Part shown: positions 11,433 to 21,294 of the stretch, one piece after another
Position numbering within the stretch: the stretch's first letter is position 1
How the letters are laid out: the number at the start of each line of letters is the position of its first letter
DNA from: Pseudovirgaria hyperparasitica
Taxonomy: Eukaryota
Length of the DNA stretch: 22,303 bases
Assembly (NCBI GenBank): GCA_010093815.1
Contig: ML996597.1
Reading direction: 5' to 3' (one strand)
Program-made: the position numbers and the translations under genes
The notes under the pieces: generated by a model
Told to the model about the DNA's origin: nothing
Databases searched by the model: none
What the model saw: only the letters and a program-made list of their open reading frames with translations

Positions 11433-14400
11433 GCGGTTCTCCCGGGGTTCTTCCGATGTATACTAGGGTTCTTCTAGTATATATCGGGCTTCTTCCGGTA
11501 TATATACGTAGGTCTACTAGAACTAGGGGAGAGGAAGGTATATAAGTATCTATCGGGCGATATTCTTAGAGTACTTATTAAGCTATCGCGTGATGTTAGA
11601 GGTCCTCGTTATATAGATAAGGGCTTATCTTAGGGTATAGAGACTAGAGTACGTCGCGAGGTAGTAGTATATTATACCTCTCCGGCCGTAGTCCTTATAC
11701 TAGAGAGATATATCTAGGACGCCTCTCTAGTAGAGGTAATATAGGAGACCTATAGCGCCTATTTAGGCTTAGAGGAGTATAGATACTTAGGCCTTCGTTA
11801 GCCCTTTATATATCTATTTACTTAGTTTCTTCTAAGGCCCTTAGATCTATTCTAGATACCTATCCTATTAGAAGGCCTACTAGGCTTTAAGTACCTCTCT
11901 CTATTTATTCTAGATCTATAACTATATAACGCGGCTAAGCTTCTTAGGGCTCTATTAGCTTAGGATAGTATCCGGGTTATTTTAAACCTTCTATATAGTC
12001 TAGCTCGAGTCCGCCTCTATATAGTATTTATATTATACTCGAGTTTATTCTATAGTAGAGAGGGCCTAGTAATACGCGCGGATACGTGTACGTAGTATAG
12101 CGAAGGTATATACCCTATCTCCTCTATATTCTTATACTTATTATTTAGTAAAGTATATAAGTCTCTATATCTAGTAGAAGTCCTATATACTCGTTATATT
12201 TATCTCGCGTTAGAGGAGCGTCGTGTTAGTAGCTTTATATATACCGGAGATAAGGCGGAGTATACGGTTTTATATAGACTTAAGCTTTACCCGCCGAGCT
12301 TATATAAGGGCCGTATACTAGTACTTATATCTATATATAAAGGCTAGGCGTACTAGAGAGATATATAGCTATCTTGCCTTATCCCGGGCTATTCTCTACG
12401 TGGATACCGTAATCTAGTATATAGCGGTTTCTATCTAGAGGGCTCTAGAGACGGCGTGTACCACCTATAGTCTCTATTTTAGCTTATTATTAATTATAAC
12501 GCTAAGTGCTCGTATACTCTATGCTAGTAGTTCTATAAAGGCGTCGATTTAGGGGCGACGTGCCCTCTCCCTAGTAGCCTATCCTCTATAGTAGTTAATA
12601 AAGTATATAAGCTAGTATTTTTTAGGTGCGAATTTTACTCCGTGGCGCTTTATCTACTAGACGTATTTCTCGTGGTCTCGTTTAAGTCGTGTATATATTC
12701 TACTAGTACTACTATCGACCGCGAGGAGGTATATATTATCCGTGTATCCAACTACCTCTATATATTCTATTCTCTAAAGGAGGTCTACTATAAAGAAGAG
12801 GAAGAGGATTAGAGAGATAGTACTCCCTTACGGGATGCCGTATACCGTCTCCTTATATTTACTTTGGTATCCGGGGATATATATTTAAGTAGTCCTTTAC
12901 GTAAGGAAGGACTATATAAATTATATAATCTACTTAGGTATTCGCCTTATCCGGAGGTTATAGATAAGTCTTATATAGTTTACCTTATTAAACGCCCCTA
13001 CTATATCTAGGGAGAGTAGCGTAACGACTTATCCTTATTTCTATATAGTCTAGATAACCTTAAGGATATATTAAATGGCCGTGATTAGAGAGCTTTCTAC
13101 CTTCGCCTTCTAGTTTACTAGGAGAAGGCCGTGTACCTATACTACTATACTTATCTTCTTAGTAATCGTGGCTTCTAGTACCTTACTAAGGTAGGAGAGA
13201 AGGGCGATCGGCCTCTATCCCTTCGGCGTGTTTAGGCTCTTCCCTAGTTTTAGAAGTATAACCGTGTATATAGTTCGGAAGCTCTATAGGTAGTATCCTA
13301 TACGGGCGCACGCTTAGAATATATGGCCTATAATTAGTAAGGTCGCCTATATGGTCCTCTTAAGGCATTAATTCGGAATTCTATCTAGCCCGGGCGCTTT
13401 ATCATTCGGGAGTATCTTAATAGCGCCGAGTATATTATCGTCCGTGATTTCCCTAGGGATACTTACGGCTTCCGGGTATTCTATACCGTTAATATCTAAT
13501 AGATCTACGGGTTCTAGGAGAGGGAATATAACCTCTTATAGGATCTCTATTTTCTCGAGGCTCGTGAAGTATATCTTTTCTTAATATATAAGGGGGGGTA
13601 TAAGTGGTATAGGTGTCGGGAAGGCGGTACTTTTAGCCTATTTTACTATATACTATAGTCTAGTAGTATTACGTGTATATCTATCCGTGACTATATACTA
13701 CTATTTATATCGCTTATTACGGAGGACCTTATCTTATTATCTTCTCGCCTCTCTCTATTCATCCTACGCTTTAGGTATACGGTTATAGTATACGCGTGTA
13801 TATAATCTCCGGACTTCTCGCCTATACTCTTATACTTAAGGTATACTTTTCGGGTCTAGGGGTCTATATATTCGGTACGGCACGTGTTTATCTCTTACTC
13901 CCTAGTATGCCTATAGAAGTATATTCACGGCCTGGTTAATGGCCGGGCCATTAGATACGTCGACTATAGACGGGTCTAGGATCGTCGATTCTAGGTCCTT
14001 TAGGTACTTTTCCTAGTTAGTATCCTTCTATAGCTATCGCCCTTGTTAGTCTTAAGGGGTAGATATATCTATTACGGTCTCTATATATTCGTGGTCGGAG
14101 TCTATCTATATAAGGCTTAGACGGTAGTATTAAGTCCTATTATAAATATATCTAGTGGCTAGGGTAAGGTCGAGTATAGATCCGCCCTTATCTTATTTAT
14201 GTTTTCGCTAGGTAATCTATTCTACTAGTATAAGAAGGTATAGAAAGCCGTGGTATCAGGTACATAGTTCTCTAGCTCGAAGCTCTTCGCGGGTAACGGT
14301 TAGTCTACCCTACTAGCTATAATAGAGATTAAAGTCTCCTAGGAGGATATATTATCCTAGCTCGGTAGTACCCTTAAGTATATCATCCACCTAAAGCGAT

Positions 14401-14720
14401 CGGTTCTAATTATATATATTATATATATAGAGGGGTCTAATATTCGTCTAGAGGTATAGTATTATCCGGAGGTTATCCCGTTTAGTATATAACCATAATA
14501 AGAGTAGAATAGACTTATGGATATGGAAGAGGACTCTCCTCTCCGGTCCTAGGGGGTGTATTATATAATATCCTAGGTATGTTATTAGTTTATTCGTCTA
14601 GTAGTATTTATATAGCTCCTATATAGCGAGTATTATAGCTCCGGTCTCCTTAAGGAGTGTCGCCTAGTTCTTACGTTTATACTATATATTTACCTATATA
14701 ATTAGGAGTGTATCTTAGTC
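11400..14720 (-). pseudogene. LINE copy 1 ORF2 (AP endonuclease + reverse transcriptase + C-terminal zinc finger), RIP-disrupted; start approximate
   Basis: Motifs readable through RIP: ILAI*E (ILAIQE, ~14616-14633), LLGDFN (~14328-14345), SDH (14091-14099), KAPGLDRIPN (~13375-13400), *RPIALLSYLSKVLE (~13180-13220), SLDIVGAFNKVNY, GIP*GSTISLILF (~12800-12839) and YTDN for YADD (12735-12746). Confidence 0.9.
11442..11504 (-). repeat. 3 x 21-bp tandem repeat encoding a YIPEEPR-like heptapeptide at the ORF2 C-terminus
   Basis: ccggggttcttccgatgtata / ctagggttcttctagtatata / tcgggcttcttccggtatata; a degenerate counterpart lies at ~19748-19810. Confidence 0.85.
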
Positions 14721-14729
14721 TCTTATTAG

Positions 14730-16186
14730 GTGCTAGGGAATATATAGGCCTATATATTTATTTCTCTAAGACGCGACTATCCTCGTACGGCGGCGGCCTT
14801 AGTAATTCCTTAGGGCTATCCTATTATTAGCTTTCTCGGGATAGTTTACTATTTCTAACCGCTTCCTTATAAGGAGGTAGTCTATAGTAGTAGTATTATA
14901 GTAAAGAGAGGAATAGTAGTAGGTCGCATCGTTTATAGCTACCTTACTCCCTTTATCCGGATTAAGTAGATATATTTAGTAACCTATTTACGTTTCGCGC
15001 ACGTAGCCGACTACGACAGGTACTTACCGTTATAGTTAGAGTACTTTGCCGTATCCCTATCCCTCTAGCCCTCTCCTCGTGTTCCGTAGGGGTACTTCTA
15101 GATACTATATTCTTATTAATACTATCTATACCTAGTCTTTTAGAAGTACCGCTATGCCGTATACCCGTATCCCTAATAGTTAAAGTACTATATTATCGCC
15201 TATGCTCTATCCCATAGTTCCGCTATAAGAAGCTCCCCTTCCGCTAGAAATCCCTCTTATATAATTTAATACGTGAGGGCGGGGTCCTTAAGCTCTACTA
15301 TTATAGTAGAGTATGCCTTCGATCTAGTTTTAATCCCTTATATATTCTTCTACTATACTCTTATAATCTTAATCCCTAGGTATTTTCGCTTATTTAACTA
15401 TTCTATCCGTATAATATCCTCTTCTCTAATAATCTATCCGCTTATAGATATAGAGTATATCTATATCGGGTATATAGCCGCTCTAATAGAGGCGCCTAGA
15501 AAGATACTACTAATCGCGTTCGGATCACGCGAGATAGTCTACTATACGATATTTATTATCGTGGTAAGTACTACTCCTCCTAGCGTGAGTTTAGCGGCGA
15601 CGACGTTTAACTATATTCCCTTTTATTTATTAATCTTACTTACTATATCCTTTAGGGATACTTACTAGACCTATGCTAGGGTATCCTTATTCTAGATTGC
15701 GACACGTATACTATACGCTACGTCGCCGGTCTAGGGGGCCCGTAGTATAGCCTCCGGTGTTACTACTATTTATACCTATATACTAGGGCGCTTACCTTAA
15801 GTAAGTTCCTCCTAGATTCTACGTAGGCTAGCCTCTATTCGGTCGAGCCTACCCTCCGGTCCTTCTAGTTATATCTTCTTCTCCTCCTCCGTAATTCCCT
15901 TTAGATTCTAGATAAGGTTCTAGAATATATATAGGAGGGTCTTCTAGCCCTCTCCGGCTTCCTTCTCTATACGTACTATCTAATAGTTAATACGATCTAG
16001 GAGGGTTTCCCCTCTTAGGGTCCCCTTTATTCCGTCTATCTATAGCGGCGTGCACCTTTAGGTATGTTCTACGTTTTAGATAGATATATAGTTACCCTCG
16101 GTAATATCGCTATATAGCCTTTTCTATTATACCGGTGGGGGTATATCCGGTATATACCGGGGTATATTAGTACCTAAGGCCGCCAT
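14730..16186 (-). pseudogene. LINE copy 1 ORF1 (gag-like nucleic-acid-binding protein), RIP-disrupted; end approximate
   Basis: ATG 16186 is in frame with GRLDRIEASLRRI*EEL and with knuckles that de-RIP to CFNCQGYGHTAQRC (15146-15187) and CSNCNGKHLSWSATC (14999-15043), with a third between them. Confidence 0.88.
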
Positions 16187-16187
16187 A

Positions 16188-16220
16188 TTTATTAGTTAAG
16201 GGCTACCCTTAACTAATAAA
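16188..16220. repeat. Perfect palindrome/hairpin, 15-bp arms and 3-nt loop, immediately 5' of the LINE ORF1 ATG
   Basis: tttattagttaaggg-cta-cccttaactaataaa; the 31-nt core is identical to 11400-11430. Confidence 0.95.
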
Positions 16221-18871
16221 AGGGGGTTGGCGTATCGGCGTTCTAGTAGCGTGGTCCGTGCCTCTATCTCCGTGAGGATTTTAAGAGGGTATATATATAT
16301 CTTTACACGGCGATAACGTCTTAGTTTCGACGCTACATATACATGCGTATAGTAGTAGTTAGTATACTCGGTATACTCTATCGATTAAGGTGTGTATCTT
16401 ACTATATTACCCCGAATGGACCAAGTTAGCCTCTTAGAGATGTAAAAGAAGTTTTTGTTAGAAAGGATATAATCCTAACGAAGATACTTAGGAACCTATA
16501 ATAAACATTAGTAAAGTAGCGATGTTAATATAAACTATATTTTATTTCTTAATTAGGAATAAATACTAAGCTAAAACTTATATATATAGTATATAGTAAT
16601 ATAACGCACTTAGTAATATAAAAATTACTTATTTTAGGTGGTGTCTTATAGAGTAATTAAACTTTGAAATTTACTCTATTTTCTCTAGATACTCTATATC
16701 TTAGAATTAAGTTCTAGAGATAATAACCTAAATATAAAGTATTTTTATAATTACTTTTAGGCGTATTCTAGGGTAATCTAGAGATTCTTTTCCTTCTATA
16801 GATAAAGAGTATAAGTATAACTTAGACGCTAGGTACTTAGAAGTCTCTACTCTAAGCTAGGTAGAATTACCCTCTATATTTTAATAATTCTAATTCCTTA
16901 ATAAGGAAATTAGAGTAAATAAATAGAGTAATTCTACCTTTCTAGTAGCTATATAAGTTAATACCTATAAGTAATACTTTTAATTTTCTATAGGGCCCTC
17001 TAGAGAATCTAATTATCTATAGTAGAACCTTATTATTCTCTATTACTAGAGTAAGGTAAGTAGGGACTTATTATAGGCCAAGAGCATCTATTTTAAACTC
17101 TAGAAGTATTCTAGAAAGGGAGAGAGAGATATAGGGACGTCTAATATAAATAGAACGCCCTAGGGTTATCTTTAAAGCTTAAAGTATAGATAAAAAAGGT
17201 CTTAATTTATAAAAGAATTATATACTATACTAAATATATAAGCCTCTAGATATAAGAGATATACCTTAAATATATAAAAGTAGAAGGGAAGCCTAGAGAC
17301 TATATATATATATATATACTATATCTAGATAACTAAGGTATAGAAGAAATAGAAAGAGGTAATCTAATCTTATAATAGAACCCTCTATAATAAATAATAT
17401 AAATACTAGTATATAATTACTAATAAATATACATAATAGGCTATAGAGCTATAGTATATAGTAAAGTAGACTAAGAGCGCGGACGTGCCGACGCTACTAC
17501 TACTAATGCCTCCCCTAATATACTAGGGAAGAATATATACTATAAGCCCTAAAAAGATAGAGATTCTCTAAGAAGTTATATTTCCCCCCCTAGAGCTAGT
17601 AGACCTATTAGATATTAATAATAATATATATCTAGATATAGTTAATATCTCTATAGAGATTATAGAAGAAGATATACTTAATACTATTAAAGTACTTCTA
17701 AATAATAAAGTATCTAGACTAGATAGAATACTAAATAGATACCTTAAATATACTATATAGGTAATCTTACTACTTATTAGTCTTATCTTCTAGATATATA
17801 CTAAGAACGGGTACTACCCCTAAAGCTTCTAGACTATCTATACTATTATACTTCTAAAGCTAGAGAAGAACTCTAACTCTCTAAAAGGATAGAGACTAAT
17901 TACCCTTCTCTTCTATTTTAGTAAGATACTTAAAGCTATAATCGCGAAGAAGATAAGTACTATAGTATAAGAATATAATCTTCTTCTAGTAAACTAGAAG
18001 GTAAAGACTAGAAGCTCTCTAATTACTACTATCTAATATATTCTTAAAGTTATCTAGACTATATAGAAGTAGGGACGCGTAGTAATATTACTTTCTCTTA
18101 ATATAGCTAGTATATTTAATAAGATAAACTATATAAGACTTATCTATAATCTATAGAAGAGATATATATCTAAATAGATTATAAAGTTTATATAGTCCTT
18201 TCTCGCTAAAAGAATTATCTAGATATATATCTCTAGATATTAAAGTAAATATAAGAAGATAATATATAGTATTCTATAAGGAAGTACTATCTCTCTAATC
18301 CTCTTTCTCTTCTTTACTATAGACCTTCTATAGAGGATATAATATATAGAGGTAGTAGAGTACGCTAATAATATATATCTTCTAGCTATTAATAATAATA
18401 CTAGTTTAATATATAAACGCCTTAAATAAGACTACGAGAGATATATCTAGTAGGTAAAGCGCTATAGAGTAAAGTTTACCCCTAAGAAATACTAACTTAT
18501 ATACTTTATTAACCGCTATAGGAAATAGGCTACTAGAGAAGGAGAGCGACGCCCTAGAATAGATACTTTTACTAAACTACTAATATAGAGTATATATATA
18601 CTTAGTATTATAATTAATAATAAACTTAAATAGAGTCTATAGATTATATATATAGTATCTAGGGCCCTTAAGATAGAAGCCGCTATATACTAGATTACGG
18701 CCTCTATATAGAGAACTACCTAGAATAAGACGTGCTAGCTATATATCTCTATAGTATAACCCGCCTTTATATATAGATATAAGTACTAGTATATAGCCCT
18801 TATATAGGCTAGGTAAATAAAGCTTAAGTCTATATAGAACTATATACTCTATCTTATATCTAGTATATATA

Positions 18872-19011
18872 TGTTAGGCACGTGCCTGCTAGTTGATTAT
18901 ACATGTATATAGTAGTCGTATATAAGTAGTGTGCTCTACCCTTGAAGTAGTAGCTTTAAGATTCGGTCCTTTTAGTATAGTTGGTTGGTGCGTAGAGCCC
19001 GTCTCCTTACA
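18872..19011. mobile_element. Solo LTR (140 bp) nested in LINE copy 2
   Basis: TGTTAGG...CCTTACA termini with a 5-bp TSD ATATA (18867-18871 / 19012-19016). Removing the LTR and one TSD restores gtatatataaagctac, as seen in uninterrupted LINE copy 1. Confidence 0.88.
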
Positions 19012-19821
19012 ATATAAAGCTACTAATATAGTACTACTATAATATAAGATAAATATAATAAATATATAGAACTTCTACTTAATATAGAGAGTAATATACT
19101 TTATTAAATAATAAGTATAGAAATATATAGAATATACTAAATATATCTTTACTATACTATATATATAAGTTAGTATCTACTATTAAGTACTACTATATAT
19201 AGACTAGACTTAACTATAGTATAAGAGTCTAATAGAGATAGACTTAAACTAAATTATATAAGAGATTAGAGATAACCTAGATATCTCTCTAGACTAGTAG
19301 AATCCTTAGAAGCTTATATAAGCTATATAGTTATAGACCTAGAATAAATAGAAGGAAGTTCTCTAGATCTATTAGATATTCTAATAGAATAGATATCTAG
19401 AATAGATTTAGAGACTATAGAAGAAACTAAGTAGATAGATATATAAGAGGCTTATAAAAGTCTAAGTATCTATCCTTCTCTAAACCCGAATAGAAGCTAT
19501 AGAATTTCTATACTATTTATACTAGAGAGGTATCCTAGATATATCTCTATAGTATAAAGTATATAGCTAGAGAGATATAATATAGTACTATCTTATAATA
19601 TACCCGGACCTCTATATATAGAGATAATTACTTATCTATATAATAAGGACCTCTAATATTATATAGTAGCTTAATAAGTACCCTAAGAAGATCGCCTAGT
19701 AAATACTTATATATCTCTCTCTCCTCTAATACTAATAGATCTAGATATATATACTAGATATAACTAGATATATACTAGATAGACCCTAGTATACGCTAGA
19801 AGAACCCTAGAAGAACTCTAA

Positions 19822-19853
19822 TTATTAGTTAAAGGGTAACCCTTAACTAATAA
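19822..19853. repeat. Third copy of the LINE palindrome (one extra A)
   Basis: ttattagttaaaggg-taa-cccttaactaataa at the position homologous to 11400-11430. Confidence 0.9.
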
Positions 19854-20339
19854 CCCCTATACTCTATATATACTATCTAAGAATAAAAATAATAGTACTA
19901 TAGATTATAGATCTATAGATATTTCTAATAGCTATATACTTAAGATAATATAGAGACTTTATAAGATATAGTTATAGAGAGAAGGGAGTTTTTCCTTTTA
20001 TAAAGGTTTCTTCTTATATAATAGCTTAGACTAGAGAAGGTATATATCTATAGAGTAAACTACTCTATCTAGTTATATAATAATAATATTATTATTATTA
20101 TACTTACTATTCTAAAGAGTTCTTAAGTATATATATATATAGTATCTCTATATATTAGTACTATTATATATTATATACTATATATATATATATATTAAAG
20201 ATTATTATACTTAGTATACTCTATTAATTAATATATATAGATTACTATATCGCCATAAATTAACTAGTTTTAGTCCCTTAGAGTATAAGAAGTTTTTTCT
20301 TAATTTTAGTATATTCTATATACAAGTATAGTTATAATA

Positions 20340-20422
20340 GGCCAGGTGGCGTAGTGGTAGTATACTACGTTACTAGAAGCGTTTATCATCTAACGTCGTG
20401 GGTTTAAATCCTATAATAGCTA
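20340..20422 (+). pseudogene. RIP-mutated tRNA-like head of the SINE (Pol III A and B boxes); isotype not assignable
   Basis: A box TGGCGTAGTGG; B box GGTTTAAATCC (de-RIP GGTTCAAATCC); T-stem gtggg/cctat (de-RIP cccac); acceptor ggcca/tagct (de-RIP tggcc); central stem acgtta/taacgt. Confidence 0.75.
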
Positions 20423-21281
20423 CCTTTTTATACACTAGTTTTCGCACGCTCTATTAAAAAGTATACGGGGCTAAGCGAGCATGTAACGTGAAGGTTACCG
20501 TTATATAACTACTTAGTCCTAAGCGACTATTAGGTAATGTAAAAATAACTATACCGTTATTATATAATAAGAATTACCTAATATAGCTACCTACTAAGCT
20601 ATCTTAAGTAGTAGAGCGACGCCTAGAGCGGCTAGACCCATAACTAGCTTAGCTCGAATTATAGAATTTTCACTATATACCGGGGCCTTATCTACTCTAA
20701 TCCGGCTTAGCTCGCGCTTACTCCGGCTCGGTAACCACGAAATAGACGGTAATACCTAATTAAGTATCCCGCCTACCTATAGACGATTATATAGCCCCAA
20801 AGAATAATTTCCGAATTCGGCCTAGCTAGGGTTAGTACTAAGGCATGGACCTATTAGATATATACCCCCTCCGGCATTAGTTATCTTAATTAATAACTAC
20901 TACCCGGCGTAAAGCTATATTCCTATGGATAGGAAAAAACACGGTAATATAGGAATAAAAGACTAGGCCTAGCCTAGCGACCTACCTAATCATAAGAAAG
21001 GTAATACCTACTATAGTTAGTTAGGGCGTTATTAAGAGCCGGTACTAATATAGTAATAAAAGCCTAATATAAGGATAAGAAGTAAGTTTATCACCTAATA
21101 GGATTCGAGGACTTAGACTAGGCTAGGTTAGGTTAGTAATAGGGTCTAGTTAGGGAGCCAATCATAGGAGGTTTTCTTATATACATAGTAGCTAATACTA
21201 GAGGAGGCCTGAGCCTATGGAGCATATATATGGCTATATATATAGTTCTTCCTAGTTAAACACTAATATTATTATTATTAT
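20340..21281 (+). mobile_element. tRNA-derived SINE-like element (~940 bp) with a LINE-related 3' end
   Basis: tRNA-like head, non-coding body, 3' end similar to both LINEs, (ATT)n tail, and an exact 13-bp TSD TATAGTTATAATA at 20327-20339 and 21282-21294. Confidence 0.85.
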
Positions 21282-21294
21282 TATAGTTATAATA

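Larger units (their letters stand above)
11143..16330 (-). mobile_element. LINE copy 1: near full-length Tad1-clade-like non-LTR retrotransposon, RIP-inactivated (5' boundary approximate, ~16330-16593)
   Basis: Minus strand order: ATG 16186, gag-like ORF1 with three CCHC knuckles, AP endonuclease, reverse transcriptase, C-terminal Cys/His finger, 3' UTR and (ATT)11 tail. Confidence 0.93.
17210..20100 (+). mobile_element. LINE copy 2: 5'-truncated relative of copy 1 (RT, zinc finger, 3' UTR, ATT tail), heavily RIP-mutated; 5' end approximate
   Basis: Colinear with the reverse complement of ~11145-13880. Shows SIL*GSTISLILF at ~18268-18306, YANN for YADD at 18361-18372, the palindrome at 19822-19853 and the tail at 20088-20099. 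Confidence 0.9.

Noticed and set aside
11600..12200. RNase H domain in LINE ORF2
   Set aside because: No recognisable RNase H motifs, and the RT-to-zinc-finger interval looks too short; not called.
15273..15668. 131-aa plus-strand ORF rich in I/Y/L
   Set aside because: Antisense shadow of the RIPped LINE ORF1; its composition is a RIP artefact.
16611..17209. RIPped sequence between the two LINEs
   Set aside because: No homology to LINE1 and no motif I could recognise; left unassigned.
11398..19853. Three palindromes as CRISPR repeats, DNA-transposon TIRs or lox-like sites
   Set aside because: Eukaryotic context with kilobase spacing, the copies are internal to LINEs, the 3-nt spacer is too short for a typical tyrosine-recombinase site, and no transposase or recombinase is visible.
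20340..20422. Functional tRNA gene
   Set aside because: B box and stems are RIP-damaged, there is no canonical 7-nt anticodon loop, and it lies inside a TSD-flanked element.
21197..21256. Hammerhead ribozyme in the three-way junction
   Set aside because: No CUGANGA/GAAA core on either strand, even allowing for RIP.
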